Shown: positions 38,401-50,807 of the stretch, piece after piece | Layout of the letters: each line of letters opens with the position of its first letter | How positions within the stretch are numbered: position 1 is the stretch's first letter | Source: Marsupella aquatica | Lineage: Eukaryota; Plantae; Marchantiophyta | Reading direction: 5' to 3' | Length of the DNA stretch: 59,625 nucleotides | Assembly: GCA_973895155.1 (NCBI GenBank) | Contig: CCZZQB010000001.1 | Coordinates: 1 to 59,625 of the forward strand | Position numbers and translations under genes: made by a program | The notes under the pieces: generated by a model | Told to the model about the DNA's origin: nothing | The model's input: only the letters and a program-made list of their open reading frames with translations | Databases searched by the model: none

Positions 38401-41400
38401 CTCGTTACACCCCCAATGCTCAATTAGGGTTGCACACGCCCCCATGTGCACGCACCCCCAAAATTGGGGGCCACCCTCACCCTCAACCCCCATGGAACCC
38501 CTCCCCCACCCTCACCCCCAGCTCGTTACACCCCCAATGCTACAGTAGGGTTGGAGAGGCCCCCATGTGCACGCACCCCCAAAACTGGGGGCCATCCTCA
38601 CCCTCAACCCCCATGGAACCCCTCCCCCACCCTCACCCCCAGCTCGTTACACCCCCAATGCTCAATTAGGGTTGCACACGCCCCCATGTGCACGCACCCC
38701 CAAAACTGGGGGCCATCCTCACCCTCAACCCCCATGGAACCCCTCCCCCACCCTCACCCCCAGCTCGTTACACCCCCAATGCTCAATTAGGGTTGCACAC
38801 GCCCCCATGTGCACGCACCCCCAAAATTGGGGGCCATCCTCACCCTCAACCCCCATGGAACCCCTCCCCCACCCTCACCCCCAGCTCGTTACACCCCCAA
38901 TGCTACAGTAGGGTTGCACACGCCCCCATGTGCACGCACCCCCAAAACTGGGGGCCACCCTCACCCTCAACCCCCATGGAACCCCTCCCCCACCCTCACC
39001 CCCTGCTCGTTACACCCCCAATGCTACAGTAGGGTTGCACACGCCCCCATGTGCACGCACCCCCAAAACTGGGGGCCACCCTCACCCTCAACCCCCATGG
39101 AACCCCTCCCCCACCCTCACCCCCAGCTCGTTACACCCCCAATGCTCAATTAGGGTTGCACACGCCCCCATGTGCACGCACCCCCAAAACTGGGGGCCAC
39201 CCTCACCCTCAACCCCCATGGAACCCCTCCCCCACCCTCACCCCCAGCTCGTTACACCCCCAATGCTACAGTAGGGTTGAACAGGCCCCCATGTGCACGC
39301 ACCCCCAAAACTGGGGGCCACCCTCACCCTCAACCCCCATGGAACCCCTCCCCCACCCTCACCCCCAGCTCGTTACACCCCCAATGCTACATTAGGGTTG
39401 CACACGCCCCCATGTGCACGCACCCCCAAAACTGGGGGCCACCCTCACCCTCAACCCCCATGGAACCCCTCCCCCTCCCTCACCCCCAGCTCGTTACACC
39501 CCCAATGCTCAATTAGGGTTGCACACGCCCCCATGTGCACGCACCCCCAAAACTGGGGGCCATCCTCACCCTCAACCCCCATGGAACCCCTCCCCCACCC
39601 TCACCCCCAGCTCGTTACACCCCCAATGCTACAGTAGGGTTGAACAGGCCCCCATGTGCACGCACCCCCAAAACTGGGGGCCATCCTCACCCTCAACCCC
39701 CATGGAACCCCTCCCCCACCCTCACCCCCAGCTCGTTACACCCCCAATGCTACAGTAGGGTTGCACAGGCCCCCATGTGCACGCACCCCCAAAACTGGGG
39801 GCCATCCTCACCCTCAACCCCCATGGAACCCCTCCCCCACCCTCACCCCCAGCTCGTTACACCCCCAATGCTCAATTAGGGTTGCACACGCCCCCATGTG
39901 CACGCACCCCCAAAATTGGGGGCCACCCTCACCCTCAACCCCCATGGAACCCCTCCCCCACCCTCACCCCCAGCTCGTTACACCCCCAATGCTCAATTAG
40001 GGTTGCACACGCCCCCATGTGCACGCACCCCCAAAACTGGGGGCCATCCTCACCCTCAACCCCCATGGAACCCCTCCCCCACCCTCACCCCCAGCTCGTT
40101 ACACCCCCAATGCTACAGTAGGGTTGCACAGGCCCCCATGTGCACGCACCCCCAAAACTGGGGGCCATCCTCACCCTCAACCCCCATGGAACCCCTCCCC
40201 CACCCTCACCCCCAGCTCGTTACACCCCCAATGCTCAATTAGGGTTGCACAGGCCCCCATGTGCACGCACCCCCAAAACTGGGGGCCATCCTCACCCTCA
40301 ACCCCCATGGAACCCCTCCCCCACCCTCACCCCCAGCTCGTTACACCCCCAATGCTACAGTAGGGTTGCACAGGCCCCCATGTGCACGCACCCCCAAAAC
40401 TGGGGGCCATCCTCACCCTCAACCCCCATGGAACCCCTCCCCCACCCTCACCCCCAGCTCGTTACACCCCCAATGCTCAATTAGGGTTGCACACGCCCCC
40501 ATGTGCACGCACCCCCAAAATTGGGGGCCACCCTCACCCTCAACCCCCATGGAACCCCTCCCCCACCCTCACCCCCAGCTCGTTACACCCCCAATGCTAC
40601 AGTAGGGTTGGAGAGGCCCCCATGTGCACGCACCCCCAAAACTGGGGGCCATCCTCACCCTCAACCCCCATGGAACCCCTCCCCCACCCTCACCCCCAGC
40701 TCGTTACACCCCCAATGCTACATTAGGGTTGCACACGCCCCCATGTGCACGCACCCCCAAAACTGGGGGCCACCCTCACCCTCAACCCCCATGGAACCCC
40801 TCCCCCTCCCTCACCCCCAGCTCGTTACACCCCCAATGCTCAATTAGGGTTGCACACGCCCCCATGTGCACGCACCCCCAAAACTGGGGGCCATCCTCAC
40901 CCTCAACCCCCATGGAACCCCTCCCCCACCCTCACCCCCAGCTCGTTACACCCCCAATGCTACAGTAGGGTTGAACAGGCCCCCATGTGCACGCACCCCC
41001 AAAACTGGGGGCCATCCTCACCCTCAACCCCCATGGAACCCCTCCCCCACCCTCACCCCCAGCTCGTTACACCCCCAATGCTACAGTAGGGTTGCACAGG
41101 CCCCCATGTGCACGCACCCCCAAAACTGGGGGCCATCCTCACCCTCAACCCCCATGGAACCCCTCCCCCACCCTCACCCCCAGCTCGTTACACCCCCAAT
41201 GCTCAATTAGGGTTGCACACGCCCCCATGTGCACGCACCCCCAAAATTGGGGGCCACCCTCACCCTCAACCCCCATGGAACCCCTCCCCCACCCTCACCC
41301 CCAGCTCGTTACACCCCCAATGCTACAGTAGGGTTGGAGAGGCCCCCATGTGCACGCACCCCCAAAACTGGGGGCCATCCTCACCCTCAACCCCCATGGA

Positions 41401-43135
41401 ACCCCTCCCCCACCCTCACCCCCAGCTCGTTACACCCCCAATGCTACATTAGGGTTGCACACGCCCCCATGTGCACGCACCCCCAAAACTGGGGGCCACC
41501 CTCACCCTCAACCCCCATGGAACCCCTCCCCCTCCCTCACCCCCAGCTCGTTACACCCCCAATGCTCAATTAGGGTTGCACACGCCCCCATGTGCACGCA
41601 CCCCCAAAACTGGGGGCCATCCTCACCCTCAACCCCCATGGAACCCCTCCCCCACCCTCACCCCCAGCTCGTTACACCCCCAATGCTACAGTAGGGTTGA
41701 ACAGGCCCCCATGTGCACGCACCCCCAAAACTGGGGGCCATCCTCACCCTCAACCCCCATGGAACCCCTCCCCCACCCTCACCCCCAGCTCGTTACACCC
41801 CCAATGCTACAGTAGGGTTGCACAGGCCCCCATGTGCACGCACCCCCAAAACTGGGGGCCATCCTCACCCTCAACCCCCATGGAACCCCTCCCCCACCCT
41901 CACCCCCAGCTCGTTACACCCCCAATGCTCAATTAGGGTTGCACACGCCCCCATGTGCACGCACCCCCAAAATTGGGGGCCACCCTCACCCTCAACCCCC
42001 ATGGAACCCCTCCCCCACCCTCACCCCCAGCTCGTTACACCCCCAATGCTCAATTAGGGTTGCACACGCCCCCATGTGCACGCACCCCCAAAACTGGGGG
42101 CCATCCTCACCCTCAACCCCCATGGAACCCCTCCCCCACCCTCACCCCCAGCTCGTTACACCCCCAATGCTACAGTAGGGTTGCACAGGCCCCCATGTGC
42201 ACGCACCCCCAAAACTGGGGGCCATCCTCACCCTCAACCCCCATGGAACCCCTCCCCCACCCTCACCCCCAGCTCGTTACACCCCCAATGCTCAATTAGG
42301 GTTGCACACGCCCCCATGTGCACGCACCCCCAAAATTGGGGGCCACCCTCACCCTCAACCCCCATGGAACCCCTCCCCCACCCTCACCCCCAGCTCGTTA
42401 CACCCCCAATGCTACAGTAGGGTTGGAGAGGCCCCCATGTGCACGCACCCCCAAAACTGGGGGCCATCCTCACCCTCAACCCCCATGGAACCCCTCCCCC
42501 ACCCTCACCCCCAGCTCGTTACACCCCCAATGCTCAATTAGGGTTGCACACGCCCCCATGTGCACGCACCCCCAAAACTGGGGGCCATCCTCACCCTCAA
42601 CCCCCATGGAACCCCTCCCCCACCCTCACCCCCAGCTCGTTACACCCCCAATGCTCAATTAGGGTTGCACACGCCCCCATGTGCACGCACCCCCAAAATT
42701 GGGGGCCATCCTCACCCTCAACCCCCATGGAACCCCTCCCCCACCCTCACCCCCAGCTCGTTACACCCCCAATGCTACAGTAGGGTTGCACACGCCCCCA
42801 TGTGCACGCACCCCCAAAACTGGGGGCCACCCTCACCCTCAACCCCCATGGAACCCCTCCCCCACCCTCACCCCCTGCTCGTTACACCCCCAATGCTACA
42901 GTAGGGTTGCACACGCCCCCATGTGCACGCACCCCCAAAACTGGGGGCCACCCTCACCCTCAACCCCCATGGAACCCCTCCCCCACCCTCACCCCCAGCT
43001 CGTTACACCCCCAATGCTCAATTAGGGTTGCACACGCCCCCATGTGCACGCACCCCCAAAACTGGGGGCCACCCTCACCCTCAACCCCCATGGAACCCCT
43101 CCCCCACCCTCACCCCCAGCTCGTTACACCCCCAA
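35421..43135. repeat. 121-bp array, unit 9 (8194 bp): two identical variant 31-mers fused without a spacer
   Basis: The order 11-mer + a b c d j k + a b c d e c d j + tail occurs at 35540-39290 and again at 39412-43135. Confidence 0.92.
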
Positions 43136-43614
43136 AAGCTACAGTAGGGTGGCACTCGCCCCCTGGTACACGCACCCCGAAAATTGCGGGGTACCCCCAC
43201 CCCTAGCCCCTCCAAAATGCGCACACAACAAACTGGGGGTCAAACTCACCCCCAATATTCAATAATCATACCAGTACTTAAAAAACTGGTATGCCACATG
43301 TGAAAACTGGGGATGACACTCTAAACCCTAAACCATAAACCCTAAACCCTAAACGCTAACCCTTTTTTTTCTTTTTGCTATACTTGTCAAAAAAACGTGC
43401 TAGGCGAGCACGTAACGTTCCAAAACGTGCTATTTGCGCAAATCCACCAAAATGAAACGTTTTACCAATACTTTAAAAAAGTCAAAATTACATAAAAAGC
43501 CAACTACTCGTACCCCTAGTTGTGATCACCGCGTCGCGATAGGAGCGTGGACTCACTCCTAGTATGCATACATTGGGGGTGATTCACCCCCAATCTTGAC
43601 CATCCTCACCCCCA
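43136..43614. repeat. Spacer copy 9
   Basis: Same sequence as spacer copy 1. Confidence 0.95.
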
Positions 43615-46600
43615 ATGCACGCACCCCCAAAACTGGGGGCCACCCTCACCCTCAACCCCCATGGAACCCCTCCCCCACCCTCACCCCCAGCTCGTTACAC
43701 CCCCAATGCTACATTAGGGTTGCACACGCCCCCATGTGCACGCACCCCCAAAACTGGGGGCCACCCTCACCCTCAACCCCCATGGAACCCCTCCCCCTCC
43801 CTCACCCCCAGCTCGTTACACCCCCAATGCTCAATTAGGGTTGCACACGCCCCCATGTGCACGCACCCCCAAAACTGGGGGCCATCCTCACCCTCAACCC
43901 CCATGGAACCCCTCCCCCACCCTCACCCCCAGCTCGTTACACCCCCAATGCTACAGTAGGGTTGAACAGGCCCCCATGTGCACGCACCCCCAAAACTGGG
44001 GGCCATCCTCACCCTCAACCCCCATGGAACCCCTCCCCCACCCTCACCCCCAGCTCGTTACACCCCCAATGCTACAGTAGGGTTGCACAGGCCCCCATGT
44101 GCACGCACCCCCAAAACTGGGGGCCATCCTCACCCTCAACCCCCATGGAACCCCTCCCCCACCCTCACCCCCAGCTCGTTACACCCCCAATGCTCAATTA
44201 GGGTTGCACACGCCCCCATGTGCACGCACCCCCAAAATTGGGGGCCACCCTCACCCTCAACCCCCATGGAACCCCTCCCCCACCCTCACCCCCAGCTCGT
44301 TACACCCCCAATGCTCAATTAGGGTTGCACACGCCCCCATGTGCACGCACCCCCAAAACTGGGGGCCATCCTCACCCTCAACCCCCATGGAACCCCTCCC
44401 CCACCCTCACCCCCAGCTCGTTACACCCCCAATGCTACAGTAGGGTTGCACAGGCCCCCATGTGCACGCACCCCCAAAACTGGGGGCCATCCTCACCCTC
44501 AACCCCCATGGAACCCCTCCCCCACCCTCACCCCCAGCTCGTTACACCCCCAATGCTCAATTAGGGTTGCACAGGCCCCCATGTGCACGCACCCCCAAAA
44601 CTGGGGGCCATCCTCACCCTCAACCCCCATGGAACCCCTCCCCCACCCTCACCCCCAGCTCGTTACACCCCCAATGCTACAGTAGGGTTGCACAGGCCCC
44701 CATGTGCACGCACCCCCAAAACTGGGGGCCATCCTCACCCTCAACCCCCATGGAACCCCTCCCCCACCCTCACCCCCAGCTCGTTACACCCCCAATGCTC
44801 AATTAGGGTTGCACACGCCCCCATGTGCACGCACCCCCAAAATTGGGGGCCACCCTCACCCTCAACCCCCATGGAACCCCTCCCCCACCCTCACCCCCAG
44901 CTCGTTACACCCCCAATGCTACAGTAGGGTTGGAGAGGCCCCCATGTGCACGCACCCCCAAAACTGGGGGCCATCCTCACCCTCAACCCCCATGGAACCC
45001 CTCCCCCACCCTCACCCCCAGCTCGTTACACCCCCAATGCTCAATTAGGGTTGCACAGGCCCCCATGTGCACGCACCCCCAAAACTGGGGGCCATCCTCA
45101 CCCTCAACCCCCATGGAACCCCTCCCCCACCCTCACCCCCAGCTCGTTACACCCCCAATGCTACAGTAGGGTTGCACAGGCCCCCATGTGCACGCACCCC
45201 CAAAACTGGGGGCCATCCTCACCCTCAACCCCCATGGAACCCCTCCCCCACCCTCACCCCCAGCTCGTTACACCCCCAATGCTCAATTAGGGTTGCACAC
45301 GCCCCCATGTGCACGCACCCCCAAATTGGGGGCCACCCTCACCCTCAACCCCCATGGAACCCCTCCCCCACCCTCACCCCCAGCTCGTTACACCCCCAAT
45401 GCTACAGTAGGGTTGGAGAGGCCCCCATGTGCACGCACCCCCAAAACTGGGGGCCAACCTCACCCTCAACCCCCATGGAACCCCTCCCCCACCCTCACCC
45501 CCAGCTCGTTACACCCCCAATGCTCAATTAGGGTTGCACACGCCCCCATGTGCACGCACCCCCAAAACTGGGGGCCATCCTCACCCTCAACCCCCATGGA
45601 ACCCCTCCCCCACCCTCACCCCCAGCTCGTTACACCCCCAATGCTCAATTAGGGTTGCACACGCCCCCATGTGCACGCACCCCCAAAATTGGGGGCCATC
45701 CTCACCCTCAACCCCCATGGAACCCCTCCCCCACCCTCACCCCCAGCTCGTTACACCCCCCAATGCTACAGTAGGGTTGCACACGCCCCCATGTGCACGC
45801 ACCCCCAAAACTGGGGGCCACCCTCACCCTCAACCCCCATGGAACCCCTCCCCCACCCTCACCCCCTGCTCGTTACACCCCCAATGCTACAGTAGGGTTG
45901 CACACGCCCCCATGTGCACGCACCCCCAAAACTGGGGGCCACCCTCACCCTCAACCCCCCATGGAACCCCTCCCCCACCCTCACCCCCAGCTCGTTACAC
46001 CCCCAATGCTCAATTAGGGTTGCACACGCCCCCATGTGCACGCACCCCCAAAACTGGGGGCCACCCTCACCCTCAACCCCCATGGAACCCCTCCCCCACC
46101 CTCACCCCCAGCTCGTTACACCCCCAATGCTCAATTAGGGTTGCACACGCCCCCATGTGCACGCACCCCCAAAATTGGGGGCCACCCTCACCCTCAACCC
46201 CCATGGAACCCCTCCCCCACCCTCACCCCCAGCTCGTTACACCCCCAATGCTCAATTAGGGTTGCACACGCCCCCATGTGCACGCACCCCCAAAACTGGG
46301 GGCCATCCTCACCCTCAACCCCCATGGAACCCCTCCCCCACCCTCACCCCCAGCTCGTTACACCCCCAATGCTACAGTAGGGTTGCACAGGCCCCCATGT
46401 GCACGCACCCCCAAAACTGGGGGCCATCCTCACCCTCAACCCCCATGGAACCCCTCCCCCACCCTCACCCCCAGCTCGTTACACCCCCAATGCTCAATTA
46501 GGGTTGCACACGCCCCCATGTGCACGCACCCCCAAAATTGGGGGCCACCCTCACCCTCAACCCCCATGGAACCCCTCCCCCACCCTCACCCCCAGCTCGT

Positions 46601-47337
46601 TACACCCCCAATGCTACAGTAGGGTTGGAGAGGCCCCCATGTGCACGCACCCCCAAAACTGGGGGCCATCCTCACCCTCAACCCCCATGGAACCCCTCCC
46701 CCACCCTCACCCCCAGCTCGTTACACCCCCAATGCTCAATTAGGGTTGCACACGCCCCCATGTGCACGCACCCCCAAAACTGGGGGCCATCCTCACCCTC
46801 AACCCCCATGGAACCCCTCCCCCACCCTCACCCCCAGCTCGTTACACCCCCAATGCTCAATTAGGGTTGCACACGCCCCCATGTGCACGCACCCCCAAAA
46901 TTGGGGGCCATCCTCACCCTCAACCCCCATGGAACCCCTCCCCCACCCTCACCCCCAGCTCGTTACACCCCCAATGCTACAGTAGGGTTGCACACGCCCC
47001 CATGTGCACGCACCCCCAAAACTGGGGGCCACCCTCACCCTCAACCCCCATGGAACCCCTCCCCCACCCTCACCCCCTGCTCGTTACACCCCCAATGCTA
47101 CAGTAGGGTTGCACACGCCCCCATGTGCACGCACCCCCAAAACTGGGGGCCACCCTCACCCTCAACCCCCATGGAACCCCTCCCCCACCCTCACCCCCAG
47201 CTCGTTACACCCCCAATGCTCAATTAGGGTTGCACACGCCCCCATGTGCACGCACCCCCAAAACTGGGGGCCACCCTCACCCTCAACCCCCATGGAACCC
47301 CTCCCCCACCCTCACCCCCAGCTCGTTACACCCCCAA
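43615..47337. repeat. 121-bp array, unit 10 (4202 bp): a..j g c d j d d l m n n e c d j + tail, with 1-bp indels
   Basis: 30 monomers plus a net 1 bp; the tail occurs twice (45427-46155 and 46639-47337). Confidence 0.9.
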
Positions 47338-47816
47338 AAGCTACAGTAGGGTGGCACTCGCCCCCTGGTACACGCACCCCGAAAATTGCGGGGTACCCCC
47401 ACCCCTAGCCCCTCCAAAATGCGCACACAACAAACTGGGGGTCAAACTCACCCCCAATATTCAATAATCATACCAGTACTTAAAAAACTGGTATGCCACA
47501 TGTGAAAACTGGGGATGACACTCTAAACCCTAAACCATAAACCCTAAACCCTAAACGCTAACCCTTTTTTTTCTTTTTGCTATACTTGTCAAAAAAACGT
47601 GCTAGGCGAGCACGTAACGTTCCAAAACGTGCTATTTGCGCAAATCCACCAAAATGAAACGTTTTACCAATACTTTAAAAAAGTCAAAATTACATAAAAA
47701 GCCAACTACTCGTACCCCTAGTTGTGATCACCGCGTCGCGATAGGAGCGTGGACTCACTCCTAGTATGCATACATTGGGGGTGATTCACCCCCAATCTTG
47801 ACCATCCTCACCCCCA
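47338..47816. repeat. Spacer copy 10
   Basis: Read through against copy 1; no difference seen. Confidence 0.95.
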
Positions 47817-50328
47817 ATGCACGCACCCCCAAAACTGGGGGCCACCCTCACCCTCAACCCCCATGGAACCCCTCCCCCACCCTCACCCCCAGCTCGTTAC
47901 ACCCCCAATGCTACATTAGGGTTGCACACGCCCCCATGTGCACGCACCCCCAAAACTGGGGGCCACCCTCACCCTCAACCCCCATGGAACCCCTCCCCCT
48001 CCCTCACCCCCAGCTCGTTACACCCCCAATGCTCAATTAGGGTTGCACACGCCCCCATGTGCACGCACCCCCAAAACTGGGGGCCATCCTCACCCTCAAC
48101 CCCCATGGAACCCCTCCCCCACCCTCACCCCCAGCTCGTTACACCCCCAATGCTACAGTAGGGTTGAACAGGCCCCCATGTGCACGCACCCCCAAAACTG
48201 GGGGCCATCCTCACCCTCAACCCCCATGGAACCCCTCCCCCCACCCTCACCCCCAGCTCGTTACACCCCCAATGCTACAGTAGGGTTGCACAGGCCCCCA
48301 TGTGCACGCACCCCCAAAACTGGGGGCCATCCTCACCCTCAACCCCCATGGAACCCCTCCCCCACCCTCACCCCCAGCTCGTTACACCCCCAATGCTCAA
48401 TTAGGGTTGCACACGCCCCATGTGCACGCACCCCCAAAATTGGGGGCCACCCTCACCCTCAACCCCCATGGAACCCCTCCCCACCCTCACCCCCAGCTCG
48501 TTACACCCCCAATGCTCAATTAGGGTTGCACACGCCCCCATGTGCACGCACCCCCAAAACTGGGGGCCATCCTCACCCTCAACCCCCATGGAACCCCTCC
48601 CCCACCCTCACCCCCAGCTCGTTACACCCCCAATGCTACAGTAGGGTTGCACAGGCCCCCATGTGCACGCACCCCCAAAACTGGGGGCCATCCTCACCCT
48701 CAAACCCCCATGGAACCCCTCCCCCACCCTCACCCCCAGCTCGTTACACCCCCAATGCTCAATTAGGGTTGCACAGGCCCCCATGTGCACGCACCCCCAA
48801 AACTGGGGGCCATCCTCACCCTCAACCCCCATGGAACCCCTCCCCCACCCTCACCCCCAGCTCGTTACACCCCCAATGCTACAGTAGGGTTGCACAGGCC
48901 CCCATGTGCACGCACCCCCAAAACTGGGGGCCATCCTCACCCTCAACCCCCATGGAACCCCTCCCCCACCCTCACCCCCAGCTCGTTACACCCCCAATGC
49001 TCAATTAGGGTTGCACACGCCCCCATGTGCACGCACCCCCAAAATTGGGGGCCACCCTCACCCTCAACCCCCATGGAACCCCTCCCCCACCCTCACCCCC
49101 AGCTCGTTACACCCCCAATGCTACAGTAGGGTTGGAGAGGCCCCCATGTGCACGCACCCCCAAAACTGGGGGCCATCCTCACCCTCAACCCCCATGGAAC
49201 CCCTCCCCCACCCTCACCCCCAGCTCGTTACACCCCAATGCTCAATTAGGGTTGCACAGGCCCCCATGTGCACGCACCCCCAAAACTGGGGGCCATCCTC
49301 ACCCTCAACCCCCATGGAACCCCTCCCCCACCCTCACCCCCAGCTCGTTACACCCCCAATGCTACAGTAGGGTTGCACAGGCCCCCATGTGCACGCACCC
49401 CCAAAACTGGGGGCCATTCCTCACCCTCAACCCCCATGGAACCCCTCCCCCACCCTCACCCCCAGCTCGTTACACCCCCAATGCTCAATTAGGGTTGCAC
49501 ACGCCCCCATGTGCACGCACCCCCAAAATTGGGGGCCACCCTCACCCTCAACCCCCATGGAACCCCTCCCCCACCCTCACCCCCAGCTCGTTACACCCCC
49601 AATGCTACAGTAGGGTTGGAGAGGCCCCCATGTGCACGCACCCCCAAAACTGGGGGCCATCCTCACCCTCAACCCCCATGGAACCCCTCCCCCACCCTCA
49701 CCCCCAGCTCGTTACACCCCCAATGCTCAATTAGGGTTGCACACGCCCCCATGTGCACGCACCCCCAAAACTGGGGGCCATCCTCACCCTCAACCCCCAT
49801 GGAACCCCTCCCCCACCCTCACCCCCAGCTCGTTACACCCCCAATGCTCAATTAGGGTTGCACACGCCCCCATGTGCACGCACCCCCAAAATTGGGGGCC
49901 ATCCTCACCCTCAACCCCCATGGAACCCCTCCCCCACCCTCACCCCCAGCTCGTTACACCCCCAATGCTACAGTAGGGTTGCACACGCCCCCATGTGCAC
50001 GCACCCCCAAAACTGGGGGCCACCCTCACCCTCAACCCCCATGGAACCCCTCCCCCACCCTCACCCCCTGCTCGTTACACCCCCAATGCTACAGTAGGGT
50101 TGCACACGCCCCCATGTGCACGCACCCCCAAAACTGGGGGCCACCCTCACCCTCAACCCCCATGGAACCCCTCCCCCACCCTCACCCCCAGCTCGTTACA
50201 CCCCCAATGCTCAATTAGGGTTGCACACGCCCCCATGTGCACGCACCCCCAAAACTGGGGGCCACCCTCACCCTCAACCCCCATGGAACCCCTCCCCCAC
50301 CCTCACCCCCAGCTCGTTACACCCCCAA
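47817..50328. repeat. 121-bp array, unit 11 (2991 bp): a..j g c d j + tail, with six compensating 1-bp indels
   Basis: 20 monomers; indels lie between 48240 and 49420. Confidence 0.9.
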
Positions 50329-50807
50329 AAGCTACAGTAGGGTGGCACTCGCCCCCTGGTACACGCACCCCGAAAATTGCGGGGTACCCCCACCCCTAGC
50401 CCCTCCAAAATGCGCACACAACAAACTGGGGGTCAAACTCACCCCCAATATTCAATAATCATACCAGTACTTAAAAAACTGGTATGCCACATGTGAAAAC
50501 TGGGGATGACACTCTAAACCCTAAACCATAAACCCTAAACCCTAAACGCTAACCCTTTTTTTTCTTTTTGCTATACTTGTCAAAAAAACGTGCTAGGCGA
50601 GCACGTAACGTTCCAAAACGTGCTATTTGCGCAAATCCACCAAAATGAAACGTTTTACCAATACTTTAAAAAAGTCAAAATTACATAAAAAGCCAACTAC
50701 TCGTACCCCTAGTTGTGATCACCGCGTCGCGATAGGAGCGTGGACTCACTCCTAGTATGCATACATTGGGGGTGATTCACCCCCAATCTTGACCATCCTC
50801 ACCCCCA
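50329..50807. repeat. Spacer copy 11
   Basis: Same sequence as spacer copy 1. Confidence 0.95.

Noticed and set aside
45067-49734. Longer ORFs (154, 235, 276 and 356 aa) and the only minus-strand ORFs
   Set aside because: They arise only where 1-bp homopolymer indels let a frame skip the stop codon, and they are mosaics of the same three frame translations.
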